From Dirinaria sp. TL-2023a (lineage: Eukaryota): a stretch of 41,797 nucleotides of DNA. The DNA lies in assembly GCA_051941275.1 (NCBI GenBank), contig JAVEBF010000038.1, positions 1-41,797 of the forward strand, in the 5' to 3' direction. A program made the position numbers and the translations under genes. A model generated the notes under the pieces. The model did no database searches and was not told the DNA's origin. It saw nothing but the letters and a program-made list of their open reading frames with translations. Every line of letters starts with the position of its first letter. The stretch's first letter is position 1. Below are positions 35,218 to 41,797 of this stretch, piece after piece.

Positions 35218-36207
35218 TTAAAGGTTACTTCCAATCCAATCCCACCATTTTTGAACATCAGGACCTTCCGCGCCTTGGACGTTTCCACCTATGACCGTGA
35301 TAGAGACACCGACTTCTTCCATCTGGGCAAACTCGAATTTGCCTTCCCCACCTTCACCTAGCCAGTCTTTCTCATCGCCTGCATCCATCTCGTTCATGTC
35401 TATTCCTGAATCTAGCAGTCCTTTGTTTTTGGAGCTCCTCACATTCGTGATTTCCGCTTCCAGAGAAGTTTTGACCAACCGTGCTGGAAGCGCAGTAAAC
35501 AAATCCAGCTTGTTCGCGGCTATGAGAAGCGGAAGCTCAACAAGAGCCTTGGACGATTTTGACTTGGTGGACCTGGTCTGCAGCAGCAGGAGCAGGTCAT
35601 GAAGGTACTCTGCCGTCTGGCGCATGCTTTCGTTCCCTTGACCACCGGACAAATCTGCAGCGTCGACCATGAAGATTATGCCCCTTAAATTCTGAGGCTT
35701 CACGAGTGCATCGGTTGCATGGTAGCGAAGCTTGCCATGCCCCGGGGTATCAACGAGGAGGAATTTCTTGTGCACTTGATTCGATGGGTCGTTGACGGAT
35801 CTGTATTTCGAGGAAGCAGTCTTCGTAGTCACAGGCAGCGATACCTCAACGGAGAGTGGGGTCTGGGAGGTGCGGGTCTCGACATGACGTTCCTGTTCGA
35901 ACTAGGGAGAGTCATTCCAGAAACGTCTGAGCGATCGGGGATGGAGCATACCAGGGTTAGCAAAGCACTATCATCATGTCAGCAATCATCATGGGACCTA
36001 ACAAGACTGGCTAGCTAAGTACGTTTTGCCAGCTCCACTAGGTCCGACGAGCAGGAAGGACGGTAGCGTAGTTTGGGATGCCGAGCGATATATCACCCAG
36101 TGCAACAGCAGCGGGATTGTGAAAATAAGCAATACGGTGACGATGAGGACTGCTGGCGAGGGACTCATTAAGGTGGCGAGCATGCTGTTTGCGTTTGTCG
36201 ACGACAT
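35218..36207 (-). CDS. SRP102: Signal recognition particle receptor beta subunit
   Basis: N-terminal TM anchor, P-loop GPSGAGKT, G3 DTPGHGKLR and G4 AANKLD. Introns 36022-35968 and 35951-35902 flank a 16-nt exon. Confidence 0.93.
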
Positions 36208-36529
36208 ATTGTCGCACCTTGAGAACAAATGAATGCATTCATTAAGAGTATTTATATTTGATGCCTTTCGTACCTATCGAGGCTTCTCGAGCCGAGCCGA
36301 GGTGGTCTGAACCCTGCGGCTGAAAATTCGCCGCAGCTGTCACTCGAATCTCCGATGATTACAGTCCACCCAAGTCTGTCAATCTGTCTCTTCCTCTGCA
36401 CTCATATTTTTTCTCCTTGACTCGAAGGGCACTGCAGCGTCGTCTAAATGGCCTGCAATGGCCAGAAGGTGCCTGCCACGTTCTTCGCGAACGAACAGTG
36501 AACCATAGCATTCACGCTCCGTCTTGGCA

Positions 36530-38957
36530 ATGGCGGCGGACGCTCTTACCTCAAACCCGGCAGCATCGCCAAACGGCATAAACTCCATGACATCTTCTCA
36601 AACGAGCGATCCGCGGGCCGGTAGCGATATGGAGTTGAGTCAGCTGGCGTCAACGGACGAGACAAAGCTGCCGCTTCATGAAGACATAATGCAATTGGCT
36701 ATGCTGGGAGAAATCGCGCCTATACAGAGGCTCATTGATGACGGTAAATTCTCTGCTAAACACAAAGACCGTGAAGGCATAACCCCACTACATGTAAGTC
36801 CACAAGCATCCTAAAAGTGAATCTGACTAATCAGGGGATTTGGGTAGTGGGCAGCTATCAACAATCATTATGCGCTTTGCCAATACCTTCTTGACCTCGG
36901 CGCCGAAGTCAACGCCAGGGGCGGCGAGTCATACGCTACGCCCGCTATGTGGGCCGCTCAGCGGTGCCACTATTACGTGGTAGCCCTCTGCGTCCAGCGT
37001 GGAGCCGATGTGCTTATCACAGATGCCCAAGGCTATAATATACTCCATCTGGCCACATTCGATGGCAACGTCTTTCTCTTGACGTATCTACTTCATCAAA
37101 ATATTTCCGTCGATGCGCCAGACGTCCAAGGTCACACATGTCTAATGTGGGCTGCCTACAAAGGATATCCCGCCGTGGTAGACCTTTTCCTGCGCTGGGA
37201 TGCGAATATCCACAGCGTGGACGAGGAAGGCTTTACCGCCCTGCATTGGGCGCTAGTCAAAGGGAATTCTGCTTGCATTCAAAAACTCGTTGAGTATGGT
37301 TGCAATCGATTCGCAGAGACCAATTCGGGCAAGACTCCAGCGGTTACCGCAGAGGAAATGGGATCGACAAAAGCATGGCATCGATCCCTCAAAGAATGTG
37401 GGTTTCGAGACGATGGCACACCCAAGAAACCTCCTCTCCCTTTCGCCCCCATTTTCAAGTCGCGCAATTTCCACAATAGATTCTACTTCCTCCTACCATT
37501 CTTATTGTTACTGGTCATTTTTGTCATATTCAGTCGAGTCATCATTTTTGCAGCTGTAGTCCTGTCCGCCTTTATTGCATACACCGTCCAGTATTTCGTC
37601 CAGCAAATGATGCAATGGGCGCCTTCAGACATGAAGCACATCCAGCGAACAGTCAGTAGATGGTCACGAAACCTTGCCGATAAACTAGCTGACTCGAGGT
37701 ATAGCCTTACTTGGCGGGACTCTTTGCGGCGAGTCTATTTTGGGTAGGAGTGCGATGGCTTACGACTATTCTTCCTTGTATGACCTTTCTTCTTCAAGAC
37801 GAAAACTGCAGCTGACGGTCCTCAGCCACTTACCAAACGAATTACTTCGCCAATCTATTTTTTCTGCTAGCATACTGTCTCTGTACATATTTCTATACCT
37901 ACAGCATGGTTGAAGATCCTGGATACGTCCCTAAACCGGCAAGCAGGAGTCAACAGAAGGCGATTGTGGAAGAGCTTCTCGGGCTTTGGAAATACGATGA
38001 GCAGAATTTCTGTGTTCATTGTATGCTACGAATGCCGTTGAGGAGCAAACATTGTAGGCGGTGCAACCGTTGTGTCGCAAAGATGGACCAGTAAGTCTTG
38101 AGATTGGGTAGTCCTCTAGGTGCTGACTGTAGAAGCCACTGCCCATGGGTACACAATTGTGTTGCCGCCAACAATATTCGGCATTTCGTCTCCTACGTTA
38201 TCGCGATGGAGGTTGGTGTTATTATTTTTGCGTATCTTTCCTGGAGCCGTAAGTGATAGATGGAAAGGGGTCGAACGGTCCAAATTAACGTAGTTGCGCA
38301 GATTTGAGCCACATCCCGGCGCCTGCAGTCGGTCATTGCTGGGCTCCGTCCCAGTCAATCTGCAGATACGTTCTTCCCGATACATTCACAGTAGTGGTGG
38401 CGATTTGGGCGTGCTTGCAACTAGTATGGGTCACAATGCTCCTTTTTGTGCAACTACTTCAAATTGCCCGAGCCGTGACTACAAACGAGAGCATGAAAGG
38501 GAATTTCCACCATGACTCGAAGGCCGCACAAGCGGTAACGGCAATGGCAACCGCTGGCACGACAAGTATGAGTGGCGCACAGTTGACAAGCAGCGGCATG
38601 GGCCCTGACCCAGCAACACCAGGTCATCGAGCACGCAACCATCGAAGAGAAGGATTCTTCGCCCAGTGGAAGAAGCTACTCGGGCTGGATACATTCGTGG
38701 CAACGGCTCAGGGCACTGCGGGATCCCGAAGACGGGGCAACCCTTTTTCTCGTGGGATCATCACCAATTGCAAGGATTTCTGGTGTGACCCAGAACCATA
38801 TTTTGGTAGAAGGGAGACGGGAGCCGCGATACTTGGCGGCGAACCGGTCAATTACACACGCATGTACGAAGTGCCTCCCAGGATGAAAAAGCGCAGACCG
38901 ACCGAAGGTGCCGAAGGGGGCATGTACCATAGCGTAGATAGTGAAGATGTTGTATAG
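36530..38957 (+). CDS. AKR1: Ankyrin-repeat DHHC palmitoyltransferase
   Basis: Ankyrin repeats ([51 protein letters not shown]), TM segments, and [26 protein letters not shown] after splicing. Introns 36794-36847, 37652-37703, 37778-37825, 38091-38135 and 38249-38301. Confidence 0.96.
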
Positions 38958-39413
38958 AACTGCACATATTGTCGAGTCTCTCCGAAACCTTCCAAGTAGA
39001 ACTAGCCGTTTCGGCTCCAATTCTAGGGAAGCTTTTGGTAAACATGAAACCATTCTTATGAAAATCGTGATAATTTCAATGCTAAGGTACTGTCTACTAA
39101 CACTACTACGGATATGTCCCTAGATAAGGTAAGGCGTGCCGCGTTCTCCCTTCAGCATCATCTGTGTGCTCGAACCCTCTCAAATTTTTCTAGACGCCAT
39201 TATACTTTGAAAAGCAACATATATGGACTTGAATAATTGGCTGGAATATGACGGTTCATAATGATCTCGCTGGTGGACTTCAGGGCGGTTACTGAACATG
39301 TGTACCTGGCGAAGGTGATGAGTCGCAACAATCACATTAGCAGGTCTGATGCAACTATCTCTCCTTTTCTATTTTCGGGTTGCTTTCCCATGTAGCGGAC
39401 GACCTCCTCCAAA

Positions 39414-41797
39414 ATGGAAGACCCGAGAATCAAATCTTTTCGCTTGGTATGGTGGTCAACCGATTCAACCTTACGCTTCCGAAGCCTAATCCTTACCACA
39501 GCTCAAGTCACCATGTGTTGAACTCAGCCAGGTGGCTTTACGTTTCCAAGCCTCTAAGGCTACATCCAGAGACATTATCACCGCCTTGGAAAACCTGCAC
39601 CATACGCTCAGGGAGGTCACCCGAAATGAATTTGCACTGGACGGCAAATTGGCCGAATACGTTTTCTTCCCCTTGTCCCACGTCTTTCGAGAGAACAAGT
39701 CTTTACCCATCCGAGCGAACGAACTCGCACTTCTTTGCCTGCAAAATCTGATAGCTTATGGCTGGAAGAACGCCATTGTTCCGGACTTGGCTAAGCAACT
39801 TCTCATCCTCCTAACCGTTTTCGCGGGAGGAAGTACTGCGGATGCGAAAACTAAGGATGTCAGTGAAGAATTGGCTGCAGCCGCCTACGCGTGCCTAACG
39901 AGTTTGTTTCGAGTCTCGGACACAGCTGGACTGAGCATCAAAGGCGTTGTGGATGATGCAAATCTTCCCGTCATTGGACATGCAGTCTCCGTTCTGCTCG
40001 ATGGAGTGGCTAATGGTCCGTCTGTGAAGGTTCGATTAGCGGCACTGGCTGCACTGGATACTCTAATATCAAACACCTCCGACAGAAAATTGCTCAAGAG
40101 CTTCTTCCCTGGCGTAGTCTCAGCCTTGACAAAACTATTGTCCGGCGGTAATCGCTCGAAAGGTTCCAATAAGATCCTCCAGGGCAGCCTTAACGTTCTG
40201 GACAAAACCATTTCCAAAGTCGTCAGCGATGATGCAGAACTTTCGACCGGTCCACCAGATCGAGAAAGACATGAGCTGGCCATTGCCAATCATGGCCAGA
40301 AAGGAGTCAAGGATTCATGGCTCGAAGCTACGTCCGCGCAAGTCAAAATTGCGCTTGCAAATGTGCTTCCTTTACGATATCACGAAAAAGACGAAGTCCG
40401 AAGAGCATTGTTTCGACTATGTATGACAGTGCTTGAAAGATGTCGCCGATCACTGCATCAATCTGTCCCTATGATGGTAGAGACATCTGTGGTTATCTGC
40501 ACTCAGAGCTCCATCGTTGATACTATCGAGCTTCTGGACAATCTCAAGGTCGTCATTGCCACCGACGCTAGCCTCCTGGAAACCCTTAAAAATTCTCTTC
40601 ATGACTGGATTATCTCCTTACCCAGGGTTATGCAATCGAACGATGACACGCCGAAAAAGCGAAGCGTAGATCAGGTATCTGTAGCTTTCGATATTATCGG
40701 CTCCCAGGGACCGGTCTCGGATATTCTCAACCACGCCATAGCAAGCAATTTGAGATCGAGTATTTCCACTGCGATACAAGCATCTGCTTCCAAGACGATA
40801 CAGAGTGTTGCGGATTCGAATCAAGACGTTGCCCATCTGGCGCGCTTGAACCACTTCCAAGGCCCAGCAAATGGCTTTCCTGAAGTCATGTTCACCAAAA
40901 TTGCTCAACGTACCACCGTTCAAGGCTTACGATCATTGGCAAAACAAGTTAACGTTTCATCGTCAGCAACACTCCAGCAGGATGTCGTAGAGACTTTGCA
41001 AACCACCTCCGGAGACGAGCAACTGGCGAGTTTGTGGCTTGCTATCCAAGTGCTTGGTAGGAAAACGGACCACAGCAACGATATCAGTCAATTCGTGGAC
41101 CTGAGCATTGCAGATGCTCATGAACCAAATCCAATGCTCGGCGACATCTACACCTTCGCGCTCTCCACCCTGTCCGAGTCAGCCTACTCCACAGAAGCGG
41201 ATTGGCGCCTCCAAGCTCTGTCTCTCGAAGCAATAGCACTGCAGGCTCGGGACCAAGGAAACGATTTCCGCCCCGAGCTCGTAGACGCCCTCTATCCCAT
41301 CCTGGAACGAATGGGCTCGGCCAACGCCGCTCTCCAACGACACGCCATTGCCGCGCTAACCATCACCTCGCAAGCCTGTGGCTATCCCACTCCGCGAGAA
41401 CTCATCATCGAGAACGTCGACTACCTTGTCAACGCGGTCGCGCTGAAACTTAATACCTTCGATATCAGCCCGCAAGCCCCGCAGGTGATGATCATGATGA
41501 TCAAGCTGTGCGGCGCTACCCTGATACCCTACCTCGACGATTTGGTGGAGTCCATCTTTGCAATCCTGGAGTGCTATCACGGCTACCCGAAGCTCGTCGA
41601 GCAGATGTTCGCCGTGCTGAACGCCATCGTGGAAGAAAGCAACAAAGCATCCGCTCCAGCCATCACGAACGCGCAAGAAAAGGGGTCACCCGTATCCCGT
41701 GTCCCAACCTACAAGCCCACATCCATCGCCTCGCTCGCCGCGCAGCTGAAAGAAGCACGTCTCAAAAAGGAAAACCGAGAGACTACTCCCCCGGCAC
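39414..41797 (+). CDS. TTI1: TEL2-interacting protein 1 (HEAT repeat, TTT complex), 3'-truncated by the window edge
   Basis: MEDPRIKSFRL, intron 39447-39501, then LKSPCVELSQ, KLAEYVFFPLSHVF, SFFPGVVSALTK, IIENVDYLVNAVALKL and LIPYLDDLVESIF. The frame appears open to the end of the window. Confidence 0.85.

Noticed and set aside
8506..38957. STE14 and AKR1 as a protein-lipidation or pheromone cluster
   Set aside because: They are 27 kb apart with unrelated genes between, and no pheromone precursor or MAT gene is visible.

Overview
Eukaryotic, gene-dense window from a filamentous ascomycete. Pezizomycotina, probably Eurotiomycetes-like, is inferred from short GT-AG introns with CTRAC branch points and from gene content. 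I support 15 protein-coding genes, 14 of them spliced, with exon junctions reconstructed by eye. In order: PGAP4/TMEM246-like glycosyltransferase (-), HAD hydrolase (-), XIP-type aquaporin (+), SprT-like HEXXH metalloprotease (-), hexapeptide sugar O-acetyltransferase (-), STE14 (+), PEX8 (-), TMEM170-family protein (+), large USP34-like deubiquitinase (+), LAP2/LTA4H (+), divergent CAX-type cation/H+ exchanger (-), CYS4 (+), SRP102 (-), AKR1 (+) and the 5' part of TTI1 (+, runs off the window and is missing from the ORF track). I found no tRNA, rRNA, CRISPR array or intact transposon. Most of the window is ordinary housekeeping DNA and I cannot demonstrate a new biological system. The best leads are: the left-hand accessory block (glycosyltransferase, HAD, XIP, SprT-like, acetyltransferase); an XIP whose NPA boxes read NPT and HPG; a CAX with non-canonical alpha repeats; a tandem splice acceptor inside the AKR1 DHHC motif; a recurrent intergenic TAAGGTA motif; and an unexplained 3.2 kb gap.
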